Source: an uncultured Planctomycetaceae bacterium
GTDB lineage: Bacteria; Planctomycetota; Planctomycetia; Pirellulales; PALSA-1355
Assembly: GCA_963785305.1 (NCBI GenBank)
Contig: CAWAUV010000004.1
Location: forward strand, 483,022-547,021
Reading direction: 5' to 3'
DNA: 64,000 bases
Every line of letters starts with the position of its first letter. Within the stretch, counting starts at the first letter, position 1. Below are positions 33,255-43,690 of this stretch, piece after piece. Made by a program: the position numbers and the translations under genes. Below the pieces are notes generated by a model, which saw only the letters and a program-made list of their open reading frames with translations, was not told the DNA's origin and ran no database searches.

Positions 33255-34425
33255 ATGGTGCTGGCCTTTGCCAGAAGTATCGCCGAGACGACGCGTCATC
33301 CGTTGCTCGTGCTCGATACTCGGCAAGTTGTTGTCGCGGCAAATACCGCCTATTACTTCGCCTTCGACGCCAAACCGGCCGATACGCTCGGGCGCTGTTT
33401 GTTTGAATTGGCCGGCGGAATCTGGGATACGGTCAAGCTGCGAACGTTGCTGCACGAGATCGTGCCTAACGACGGCAAATTCGACGGATTGGAGCTTGAG
33501 CAAGAATTTCCAAAACTTGGTCGGCGGATCATGGTGCTGCAGCGCCCGCCGCGTAAAACGCGATGACGACGGGGAACCGATGGTCTTGCTGGCCATCGAA
33601 GACGACACCGAGCGGCGGCGAGCTCGGCAAGCTTTGCAGCAGTTAAATGCCGATCTGGAAATAATTGTCGCCGAGCGGACCGCCGAATTGGAGACGGCCA
33701 ACCGAGAACTGCGCCATTCGGTCCGGGAACTGGCCGCCGTCAATCATGAGCTGGAGGCATTTTGCTATTCGGTCAGCCATGATCTTCGCACTCCCCTTCG
33801 GGCCGTCGATGGCTTTAGCCTGGAACTGCTCCAGTCGCACTCCAACCAATTAAATGAGCAGGGACAGCACTATCTCCAGCGGATTCGCTCGGGAACGCAG
33901 CGAATGGGCCAGCTCATCGACGATCTACTCACGCTTTCTCGAGTGACCTGCGCCGAACTGAAGCGGGAGAACGTTGACCTGTCCGCTCTGGCGGAGACCG
34001 TGGCCGCCGAATTGCGACAACTCGAACCGATGCGAAACGTGATTTTCCAGTGCCAACCGGCGCTGATTGCGAACTGCGATGCCCGGCTGGCGCGAATCGT
34101 CCTGGAAAATCTGCTCGGCAATGCGTGGAAATTTACGGCGAAGAAGTCGCGGGCATTGATCGAATTCGGCGCAAGCGAGATCAATGGCGGCCGGGCGTTC
34201 GTGGTGCGCGACAATGGGGCCGGCTTTGACCCCGCCTTCAAGAGCAAGCTGTTTGGGGCATTTCAGCGGCTGCATTCGGAGCGCGAGTTTCCGGGCACGG
34301 GCATCGGACTGGCGACCGTGCAGCGGATCGTGCGGAGGCACGGCGGAGAACCCTGGGCCGAGGGCGCCGTGGGCCAAGGCGCTGCTTTGTACTTCACGCT
34401 TCCAGAAAAGAGCCCCGTTGCTTGA
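33255..34425 (+). CDS. PAS sensor histidine kinase (Cph1-like kinase core); frameshift near 33540
   Basis: PAS PLLVLD...VVAAN; H-box FCYSVSHDLRTPLR, N-box NLLGNAWKF, DNGAGF, GTGIGLA. Confidence 0.9.
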
Positions 34426-34764
34426 CGTAAAATCGTATCCTTTTGGCACAACACGACAAACACGACGGGGATATGTTCTTACTGATTGCCGACTATGTGA
34501 ACATATGCGCCAAGGCATTTGTCGCCCGCGCGGGAGTCTAGGCCGGTCGAAGTGTCTCGGACCCGATTTGCAATTGTCGACTTTTGACGGCTGGGAGGTG
34601 TGCTCCACCAACCGCGAGTCGACGGGTTCGTCCGCGAACCGGTTGACTTCGATCATACCGTCGATTGTCGCGCGAGCCGGCTCTGGATTGGAAACAGCGC
34701 CTTTGTCTTTTCGGCACAAGGCGCCGATGATTCGCCTAAACGATCCCGAAAGGAAGGGCGCGGC

Positions 34765-35208
34765 ATGAGCGCGAAGATTATCCTCTTGGTGGAAGACAAT
34801 CAGGACGACGAGGAATTGGCCATGCTTGCCCTCAAGAAGGGCAACGTCGCCAACGAAGTCGTGGTCGCTCGCGACGGCGCCGAAGCGCTCGACTACCTGT
34901 TTGCCACCGGCGATTATGTGGGACGCGCGGTTTCCGACCTGCCGCAATTGGTGCTGCTTGATCTGAAGCTGCCGAAGATCGACGGCCTCGAGGTGCTCCG
35001 CCGGTTGCGAGCGGATCCGCGCACCCGTCGGCTGCCGATCGTGATTCTGACCTCCTCGAAGGAGGAAGAAGATATTCTGCGGGGATACGACTTCGGCGCG
35101 AACAGCTACGTCCGCAAGCCCGTCGATTTCAATCATTTCGTCGAGGCTGTCCATCAACTGCAACTGTATTGGCTGGTGTTGAATGAGTCGCCGTTCGCTC
35201 CAGGTTGA
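34765..35208 (+). CDS. Single-domain response regulator (Rcp1-like)
   Basis: ILLVEDNQDD, LVLLDLKLPKIDG, ILTSS, GANSYVRKPVDF, YWL. Confidence 0.92.
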   Translation: MSAKIILLVEDNQDDEELAMLALKKGNVANEVVVARDGAEALDYLFATGDYVGRAVSDLPQLVLLDLKLPKIDGLEVLRRLRADPRTRRLPIVILTSSKEEEDILRGYDFGANSYVRKPVDFNHFVEAVHQLQLYWLVLNESPFAPG

Positions 35209-35214
35209 TTTACC

Positions 35215-38200
35215 ATGCCAAATCACCTCCGTGTTCTCATCGTCGAAGACAACGAAGACGACGCCGAATTCCTGATCATCGCCCTGCGAAACAACGGTTA
35301 CGAGGTTTCCAGCCAGCGAGTGGAAACCGAGGTCGAATTACGGGCGGCGCTGGAACGTCGGGAGTGGGATCTCATTCTCTCGGATTATTCGCTGCCGCAC
35401 TTCAGCGCGCCGGCGGCGTTGTCGCTCGTGAAGCAGAGATGTCTTGACATTCCCTTTATCGTGGTGACAGGCACGATGGGCGAGGACGTGGCCGTGGCCA
35501 CGATGCGATCGGGCGTCAGCGACTACCTGACCAAGGACAACCTAGCGCGTCTCGGGCCGGCCATCGAAAGAGAATTGCGCGATACCCAAAGTCGCCGATC
35601 GCTTCGCGACGCCGAACAGTCCGTCCGGCACTTGGCGGCCGTCGTCCAAGCCTCCGGCGACGCAATAGTCTCCACGACGCCCGATGAAGTCATCTCGAGT
35701 TGGAACCCGGCCGCGGAACGACTCTTCGGCTGGACCGCGGCGGAAGCGATTGGTCGCTCGATGTCGTTCATCGTGCCGCCGGAACTCCGCCGGGAATTAG
35801 CCGGAATCGTCGCGCGGCTCAACGTGGACGAACATGTCGATCAGTTCGAAACACTTCGTCTCCATAAGGACGGACATCGTATCGATGTGTCGGTCACGCT
35901 TTCGCTAATCCGAGACCGAGATGGCCGGATGATTGGAATTTCGAGAGTCACGCGAGACATTACCGAGCGCAAACGAACGGAGGCGTCGCTCCGCGCCAGC
36001 GAGGAGCGGTTCCGGGCCGTGGTGGATTCCGACATGGTCGGGATCGCGTTCTGGAACAAGACCGGTGATTTTATCGACGGCAACGCGTCGCTCCTGCGAA
36101 TCATCGGGCGTGGTCGCGAGGAGATGCGGGCCGGAAAAGTGCGGTGGAGAGATATTACTCCCCTCGAATACCATGCGCTCGACAATCAGGCCTTGGAGCA
36201 AATCGAGCGCACGGGACGTTGCGCCCCTACGACAAAGAGTTTGTTCGGAAGGACGGAACCCGGGTGCCGGTGCTGCTGGGCGCCGCCTGGCTTTCCGAGC
36301 AAAACGTGGGAGTGGCTTACTTCCTCGACATCACGGACCGCAAGCGGCAAGAGGAGGCCATACGGCGGCAGACCCGAATTCTCCGCTCGATTCTGGACAG
36401 TATCGGCGATGGTGTCGTCGTGGCTGATGAAGATGGTAATTTCGTGTTGTTCAATCCGGCCGCCGAGCAAATCCTGCGGCTCGGCATGACCGACACGCGG
36501 CCCGAAAACTGGTCCGAGCGGTACAGCATCTATCAACAGGACGGCGAAACTCTATTTCCGGTCGGGAAGTTGCCGCTCGTCCGGGCGGCGCTGCACGGCG
36601 AAAAAATCGACCAAGTCGAGATGTACATCAATCACGACCGGATTCCCGAGGGACTCTGGATCAGTGTGACCGGCCGGCCGATGTACGATGAAAAACAAAA
36701 CTTGAAAGGCGGCGTCGCGGTTTTCCGCGACATTACCGGCCACAAGCAGGTCGAGCAGCGTCTGGCTCAGGACGCCCTAATGCTTGCGAATGTGCGCGAC
36801 GCCATTATTTTCACCGACACGGAAGGAATCGTTACCTACTGGAACGAAGGGGCGACCCGGTTATTCGGCTTGAATCCCGCGGAGATTCTCGGGCGACCCT
36901 ACTCCGACCGCTATTCCGAGCCCGAACGATCAGCCGTGATCGAGATGATGCGAACAATTACCGCCCAGGGGGAATGGTCGGGTGAGTGGCAAGACCGCCG
37001 CAAGGACGGCGCGGAGATTTGGATCGAGCTTCGCGCGACATGCATCCGCGACTTGCAGGGCCGGTTTTCAGGGATAATGGGTGTCTCTCACGACATCACC
37101 GCCCGGAAGAAAGCGGAGATCGAACGGGATCGCGCATTGCGGCGGCTCCAAGTTCAGATTGATCGGATGCCGCTGGGTTACTTGCTGTTGGACGACGAAT
37201 TTAGCCCACTCGATTGGAACTCGACCGCGGAGCGTATCTTTGGCTTCAGCACGGTGGAGGTTCTGCGGATGCGACCGCCTTTTCTGGAAATCGTGCCGCC
37301 CGAAGCATGGCCCAAGGTGCGGGAATTATTCACCCGCATTCGGGCCGGCGACATGTCGGCGAACGCCACGGTCGAGAACCTGACCAAGGACGGCCGCACG
37401 ATCACCTGCGAGTGGCACAACACGCCACTTTACGATGACAACGGCGATTTTCAGGGCGCGCTCGCTCTTTTTCAGGACATCACCCTTCGGAAGGAATCCG
37501 AGGAAGCGCTGCGCATGCGAGATCGGGCAATTCAAGCCGTCGGGCAGGGGATTTTAATCTCCGACGCCCGGCTGCCCGACCATCCGACGATTTACGTCAG
37601 CCAAGGATTCGAGCAGTTGACGGGGTATACCCAGCCCGAAGCGATCGGAAAAAACTGTCGATTCTTGCAGGGCAAGGACACCGACCCATGCGCAATCGCC
37701 CGGATTCGCGACGCGTTGCGCGACCGGCGGCCATGCACGGTCGAGCTGCTTAACTATCGCAAGAACGGCACGCCGTTTTGGAATGAACTATCGATCTCGC
37801 CCGTAACCAACGGTGATGGGCAATTGACTCATTTCGTGGGTGTGCAAACGGACGTGACCGAGCGGCGAACGCTGGAAGAACAATTCCGCCAGTCCCAGAA
37901 AATGGAAGCGGTGGGTCAACTGGCGGGGGGCGTCGCCCATGACTTCAACAATATGCTGGCGGTCATCTTGGGATACTGCGAGAATCTGTCCGAGTCCACG
38001 AATTTCGACGACCGCGAGCGCGACGCTCTCGATGAAATACGCGACGCGGCACGGCGCGCCGCGGCGCTGACACGCAAGCTGCTGGCGTTTAGCCGCAAGG
38101 AAGTGTTGGAACCGATGGTTCTGAACCTGAACAATATTGTCATGGAAATGGATAAGATGTTGCGGCGGTTGATTGGAGAAGACGTCGAATTGCGGGCGGA

Positions 38201-39038
38201 CATGTCGTCGACCCTTTGGCGGGTAAAGGTCGATCCGGGGCAAATGGAACAGGTTGTCATGAACCTGTCCGTCAACGCCCGCGACGCGATGCCGGACGGC
38301 GGCACGCTGACGCTTGAGACGAGGAATGTCGAATTGCCGGAAGGCGACGCCCAGGCGCCGCCGGACCTCAAACCGGGAAGATATGTGCGGCTCTCGGCAA
38401 GCGATACCGGACACGGCATGGATGCCCGCGTGAAATCGCGCGTCTTCGAACCGTTCTTCACGACAAAAGAACCCGGCAAGGGAACCGGTTTGGGACTTGC
38501 CTCCGTCTATGGGATCATTAAGCAAAGCGACGGACGTATCGCCGTCGTGAGCGAACCTGGACAGGGCGCGAAATTCACGATTTATCTGCCCAGCTCCGGC
38601 GAGGACGAAATCGAGAACGTCGAAGAGCAACCGCCCCCAGTCACTACTCGCGGCGGCGAAACCTTGTTGCTGGTCGAAGACGAAGACAACGTGCGCAAAA
38701 TGCTCGGCCTGATGCTACGGGCCAAGGGCTACCGCGTGATCGAAGCAGAAAACGGCGCCGAGGCGATCGACCTGTTCGAGCAAGCCGAGCACGCGATTCA
38801 ACTGGTGGTCACGGATGTGGTGATGCCCCGGATAAGCGGTCGGAAGCTCGTCGAAAATCTGCGAACCGTTCAGCCCGATATCCATGTGCTCTATATGTCC
38901 GGGTATACCGACGACGCGATCGTTCGCCAAGGGATTCTGGAGCCGAACTTTCACTTTTTGCAAAAACCATTTTTGCCGGCGCAGTTAGCGGCCAAAGTGC
39001 GCGAGGTGCTGGATTCGCGCAACGGATCCGACCACTAA
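35215..39038 (+). CDS. Hybrid sensor kinase REC-(PAS)n-LOV-HisKA-HATPase-REC; frameshift near 36225
   Basis: N-terminal REC, about five PAS domains, LOV motif GKNCRFLQG (37647-37673), QSQKMEAVGQLAGGVAHDFNN, FEPFFTTK, GTGLGL, C-terminal REC. Confidence 0.92.
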
Positions 39039-39073
39039 CAAAATGCCTTGGGTGGGTGGCGTGTCGGGAGATT

Positions 39074-39229
39074 CGTGTGCTCACGCAGCCAAGCCCGGCG
39101 ATGCTCGAAGTCTTGCCCGGAGCGCGGATCGTGGCCACGGAGCATGGCCCGGCCCGCGCAACGGGCGATACAATGATAAACGCCGACTTCCCTGCCGGCG
39201 ACGATCTGCCGCCGAGCATATGCAGGCAT
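39074..39229 (-). mobile_element. Truncated REP-associated/Y1 tyrosine transposase (RAYT-like) remnant
   Basis: MPAYARRQIVAGREVGVYHCIARCAGRAMLRGHDPRSGQDFEHRRAWL matches the N-terminal YHCxxRCVRRAFLCG...FEHRR pattern of that family; it breaks off before the HUH motif. Confidence 0.7.
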
Positions 39230-39466
39230 GCGCGGGCCCTCCGCCGACAGGATGGCGAGCGACGCCAGCAAGTATCCTCGCGACCACATTCCCGTTAAGA
39301 GCAGCTCAAAAAAAATTGCGGCGAACCAACCAGGGACCCCTCCTCGCAATTGTCTGGAAATTGCCCCAGGAAATTGCGTGCTGCTTAAATCCGTGCGTTT
39401 CAGGAAGTTTGCTATCCGCTTCCCCAGTCTGAATCCCTGTCTTTCAATTCCGCGACCAACCCTAAG

Positions 39467-39651
39467 TTCGACTTTCGCGGTTTTCAAAAGTTCCGATAGC
39501 CCGATTCGTCGTGGTTTCTCCGATTTCGGCGCGTTTCCGGCAACCTTCGGCCTCTCGGTAACATGCAAAAATTGGCAGTTCGGCCGTCAAACTGTGCAAA
39601 ACCCACGAGAAATCGGCGATTCGAGTGCTAGCAAAAAACGCGAAACTTGAA
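39467..39651 (-). mobile_element. 185-bp MITE, copy 1
   Basis: Flanked by direct repeat CTAAG (39462-39466, 39652-39656); imperfect TIRs TTCGACTTTCGCG / CGCGAAACTTGAA; reverse complement of 41471-41655. Confidence 0.9.
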
Positions 39652-39824
39652 CTAAGCCGAAGTAGCCGACGGCATGAGGCGGACGAAATCCGTGACTGAC
39701 CGCGTACAGCCCGATGAAATAAGCCCTCGTGGCTTATTTCAACCTCGCCAAGCACGCGGCAAAGCTGCGTGCGGCTCGAGAAATAACGACCTACGTCGCT
39801 ATTTTGCGATCGCATCCATGCGAT

Positions 39825-39992
39825 CTAGTGCTTTGTCACGGCTGAAATGACGGGTAACCCCGTGTGCCATGCCCACGCCCAGCGCGGGCATGTTTTCAAG
39901 CGCCACGCGGAGTCCTCATGCCCACGCAATGCCGTGGGCATGGCGCCACCGAACCAATCCAACCCGTCATTTCAATTGTGACAAGGCACTAG
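39825..39992. mobile_element. 168-bp MITE-like element with CTAG ends containing a REP-like doublet
   Basis: 31-bp TIRs, 27/31 matching (CTAGTGCTTTGTCACGGCTGAAATGACGGGT / ACCCGTCATTTCAATTGTGACAAGGCACTAG); internal hairpins CATGCCCACG...GGGCATG at 39868-39892 and 39917-39942. Confidence 0.8.
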
Positions 39993-40032
39993 CGGCCCGC
40001 TGAATAAATCGACGGGCTGCTAAGTCTGCTCG

Positions 40033-40629
40033 GTGTTTGGGAATAGATATTACGCGGTCGCTTCGCATTCGTCGCAGACTCCGTTGGAGATCGTTATCTC
40101 AGATCCACATACCATTGCCGTGCAGCAGCTATTTGTAAAGCACCAGCAGCAGTTGCGGGTGTTCGTCGCGGCGTTGGCGCCTGATTTTTCGTCAGCTGAC
40201 GAAGTAATGCAGGAGACGTTCCTGGAAGTGTCACGCAAGGCGTCCGCATTTCGGCTGGATTCGAATTTCGCCGCGTGGGCACGAACGATCGCCAAATTCA
40301 AGGTGCTGGCGTTGGCTCGCGACAAACAACGCGCCGCGTCACGCTTAGCAAAGGACGTCGTCGACGCGTTGGCGGCGGCAGCGCCTCTGGAAGACGACGA
40401 CGCCCGACATCGCGACATCATTGACCAGTTGCGAAAATGCCTTGAGCGACTGGCGCCGACGGCCCGCGAGTTGGTGCGCCTGCGATACTTTGGCGAACAC
40501 CTCCCAGCGGAAATGGCCCGACTCCGGTCACAGTCGGTAAACGCGATCAACGTGACCCTCTCGCGGGCTCGTCTGGCGCTCCGGCAATGCATGGAAAGCG
40601 GCCTGAAAGAGATCGAGGCGTCGCCGTGA
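40033..40629 (+). CDS. ECF RNA polymerase sigma-70 factor (planctomycete type)
   Basis: ADEVMQETFL, NFAAWARTIAKF, LRKCLERL, LSRARLALRQC. Start uncertain. Confidence 0.88.
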   Translation: MFGNRYYAVASHSSQTPLEIVISDPHTIAVQQLFVKHQQQLRVFVAALAPDFSSADEVMQETFLEVSRKASAFRLDSNFAAWARTIAKFKVLALARDKQRAASRLAKDVVDALAAAAPLEDDDARHRDIIDQLRKCLERLAPTARELVRLRYFGEHLPAEMARLRSQSVNAINVTLSRARLALRQCMESGLKEIEASP

Positions 40630-42404
40630 ATGACGATCGCCTTTCGTATTTGGTTGACCGCTACCTTGATGTCCAACTCACGGTGGCCGAGCGAGGAGAA
40701 CTCGAGGATCTTCCGCGGCGGTCCGCTACATCACGCGCTCAGTTTTGGCGGGAGGCCCGACTTCACGCTCAGGTACACGAGGCTGAGAGCGGCGCGGAAA
40801 TGGGGATGCCCAAAGGGCAGCGCGTCGTGCCCACGCAATGGAAAAAAAAGTCGCGGCGTTTGCCGTGTTCGTCGCATGCCTTGTGGTCATTGCGAGTGTC
40901 GTGAGTCGACGCCCCCCGAAGCAACCTCAAATGATCGAGACGAAGGCGCATGAGAGCGAATCGACCACCGCGGCGATCGCCGTGCTAAGTCGGACGCTGA
41001 ACGTGGAATGGGACTATCCGGCCGGCGAGCAACTGCCCGGCGCGGCGTTGGAAGCGGGCTGGTTGCGCCTAAAAGGCGGATTTGCCTATGTTCAATTTTT
41101 CAATGGTGTGGGAATCGTGCTCGAAGGTCCGACGGAAGTGCAGCTTGTTTCCGGCGTCGAGGCATTTTGTCGCTCCGGCCGTTTGAGGGCTCAGGTGCCC
41201 CGAGCCGCGAACGGATTCACTGTTCGGACACCCCGACTTCGAGTCGTGGATATTGGCACGGCGTTTGGCGTGTATGTAAGCAGCCAGCGCGACGAAGTCC
41301 ACACGTTCAAGGGCGAGGTAGAGCTACATCCGGCATCGGCCGGGGCACGACAGCTGAAGGTAGGAGAGGCGATCGTCGCGGTCGGAGACGGCAAAATCCA
41401 AGCAATCCCGTGCAATCCAGCGGCATTCATGTCCCCGGCCGACATGGAGCACGAATCAGATGAGTCTCAGTTCAAGTTTCGCGTTTTTTGCTAGCACTCG
41501 AATCGCCGATTTCTCGTGGGTTTTGCACAGTTTGACGGCCGAACTGCCAATTTTTGCATGTTACCGAGAGGCCGAAGGTTGCCGGAAACGCGCCGAAATC
41601 GGAGAAACCACGACGAATCGGGCTATCGGAACTTTTGAAAACCGCGAAAGTCGAACTCAGGGGCGCCGATTAAAGGCGTGGCGCGATTCGTCGGCGCGAT
41701 TCAGGAGAGATCCGTCACTCGTCGTGCTCTTTGATTTTGAGCAAGTTTCATGGGTCGATCGCGTGCTACGGAATCTGGCGCCGGGAGCAATCGCTGATGA
41801 CGCCGCGGTCGTTGGTTGCGGCAAGGCCGAGGGGCGATGGCTCGGCAAAGGCGCGATAGAGTTTCGGAATCTGAGCGATCGTGTCCGCGTGCGTGTTCCG
41901 GGCACGCATGAGTCGTTAACCTTGGCGACTTGGGTTCGCGTCGATCGACTGGAGGGCCGCTTCAATTCACTGTTCATGACGGACGCATTCGAGCTCGGGG
42001 CCGTGCATTGGCAGATCCGCGGCAACGGCAGCCTGCATCTTGCCGTGTCGGGGCCCGCGAACGAGCCCGCCACGAATTACAACTACGATTCGCCCGGAAT
42101 ATTTACCACCGAAAGACTAGGCCAGTGGACTCATCTGGCGATGGTGCTCGACGGATCTCGAGGCCAGATGATACATTATGTGGACGGCCAGCCTGTCGGC
42201 CGATTTGCGCTGTCCAAGGAGGTTGCACTTCACATCGAGCACGGAGAGCTGGGAAACTGGAATCCGGGCAATTCATCGGACCGTGCGCCAATTCGCTACC
42301 TCAGTGGCCGTATGGACGAGTTTGCAATGTTTGGGCGGGCGTTGAGTGACCAGGAGATTATCGACGTCTACAAGGCCGGATCGCCCGAGCCACGAACGCC
42401 GTAG
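40626..42404 (+). pseudogene. FecR-like anti-sigma/sensor with C-terminal LamG domain, interrupted by a MITE (also a poly-A frameshift at 40842-40849)
   Basis: LVDRYLD N-terminus, TM segment, FecR GFTVRTP..RVVDIGTAFGV..GEVE. Removing 41471-41660 rejoins HESDESQ|GRRLKAW into LamG (GQWTHLAMV, GRMDEFAMFGRALS). Confidence 0.85.
41471..41655 (+). mobile_element. 185-bp MITE, copy 2 (inserted in the FecR-LamG gene)
   Basis: Flanked by direct repeat CTCAG (41466-41470, 41656-41660); appears identical to copy 1 in inverted orientation. Confidence 0.92.
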
Positions 42405-42445
42405 ACCGGCCAGCTGGGCGGTGATTGCTTAACCAGGAGACCCGA

Positions 42446-43690
42446 ATGACATCATCTCGATTCATCGATAGACGGACTGTCATCAAGGGATTTGGCGTCG
42501 CCATGGCCCTGCCGTGGCTGGAATCAATCGCCCGCGCGGCCGAGCCGACGCGTCCCGGAAGGATGATTATTCTGACGCAGAAGTTCGGCATGTACGCGCC
42601 GTCATTTCATCCCGACATCGAAGGCATCGATTACGAGATCACGGAGGGACTAAAACCCCTGGAGCGGCACCGGCGCCGGATTACAGTATTTAAGAACCTG
42701 GGTCTCGCGGTAAGCGGCGGGCACGCCGCGGCGCCATGCATCCTTTCCGACATGAAACGAACGGACGCAAGCTCGCATCCCGACGGTGGACTGACCGTGG
42801 ACGCGAGGGCCGCTGAGCATTATGCCACGGCGACGCGGTTTCCGATGCTCAATCTTTGGGGCAATCCCGACAACGATCAACACACATCGTTCTCGCGGAA
42901 CGGAGCGAAAATCCCCTACGTCAGGAGCCCTGTCGAGCTGTTTCGGCTGCTGTTCGCCGATCTGTCCGCCGAAGAGAAAGCCAAGCGACAATTCGAGCTC
43001 CTGGGTGATCACAGCGTGCTCGATACAGTCAACGAAAGCGCTCGGCAGTTGTCAAGGAAACTGTCGTCGAGCGACAAGCAGCGCCTGGGCGAATACTTCG
43101 CCAGCATTCGCGACTCGGAAAAGAAGCTCAAGTCGTACAAGGATTGGCTGGCGATTCCGAAACCCCAGGCTGATCCGGTTCTTCAAAAGGAAATCGAGGC
43201 CGCCCGGAAGGAAAGTCAGGTCAAGACATACGACGCTTTTCTGACCCTCGTCCCGCTCATCCTGCAAACCGATTCCTCAAGGATCGTCAGTATCGACGTG
43301 TGGACTAATCCCCAGTGGGACATTCCGGGCATCTCCGACAATTATCACAGCCTCACGCATCACGGCCAGTTGCCGGAGAAGATCAAGCAACTAATGACGA
43401 TCGACCGCTGTCATCTTAACCACTTCGCCGGGTTGATCGACGCTATTGAAGGAATGGGCCTTCTCGATACAACGCAATTGCTCTACTGCTCCGGAATGAG
43501 CGATGGTAACTCGCACAGCAATCAGAACCTCCCCATCATCCTGGCCGGTGGCGGGTACAACCACGGGAGAATGATCGACGTCAAGGCGGAGCAACCCCTC
43601 GGCAATCTTTACAATAGCATGCTTCAGAAACTGGGCGTCGAAACCGATCACTTCAATCGAAGCACCGGGACAATGAGAGGGCTCGCATGA
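42446..43690 (+). CDS. DUF1552 domain protein (Tat-like signal)
   Basis: DRRTVIKGFGVAMALPWLES, SVLDTV, DKQRLGEYFASIR, YHSLTHHG, GMSDGNSH.NLPIILAGG. Confidence 0.9.
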   Translation: MTSSRFIDRRTVIKGFGVAMALPWLESIARAAEPTRPGRMIILTQKFGMYAPSFHPDIEGIDYEITEGLKPLERHRRRITVFKNLGLAVSGGHAAAPCILSDMKRTDASSHPDGGLTVDARAAEHYATATRFPMLNLWGNPDNDQHTSFSRNGAKIPYVRSPVELFRLLFADLSAEEKAKRQFELLGDHSVLDTVNESARQLSRKLSSSDKQRLGEYFASIRDSEKKLKSYKDWLAIPKPQADPVLQKEIEAARKESQVKTYDAFLTLVPLILQTDSSRIVSIDVWTNPQWDIPGISDNYHSLTHHGQLPEKIKQLMTIDRCHLNHFAGLIDAIEGMGLLDTTQLLYCSGMSDGNSHSNQNLPIILAGGGYNHGRMIDVKAEQPLGNLYNSMLQKLGVETDHFNRSTGTMRGLA

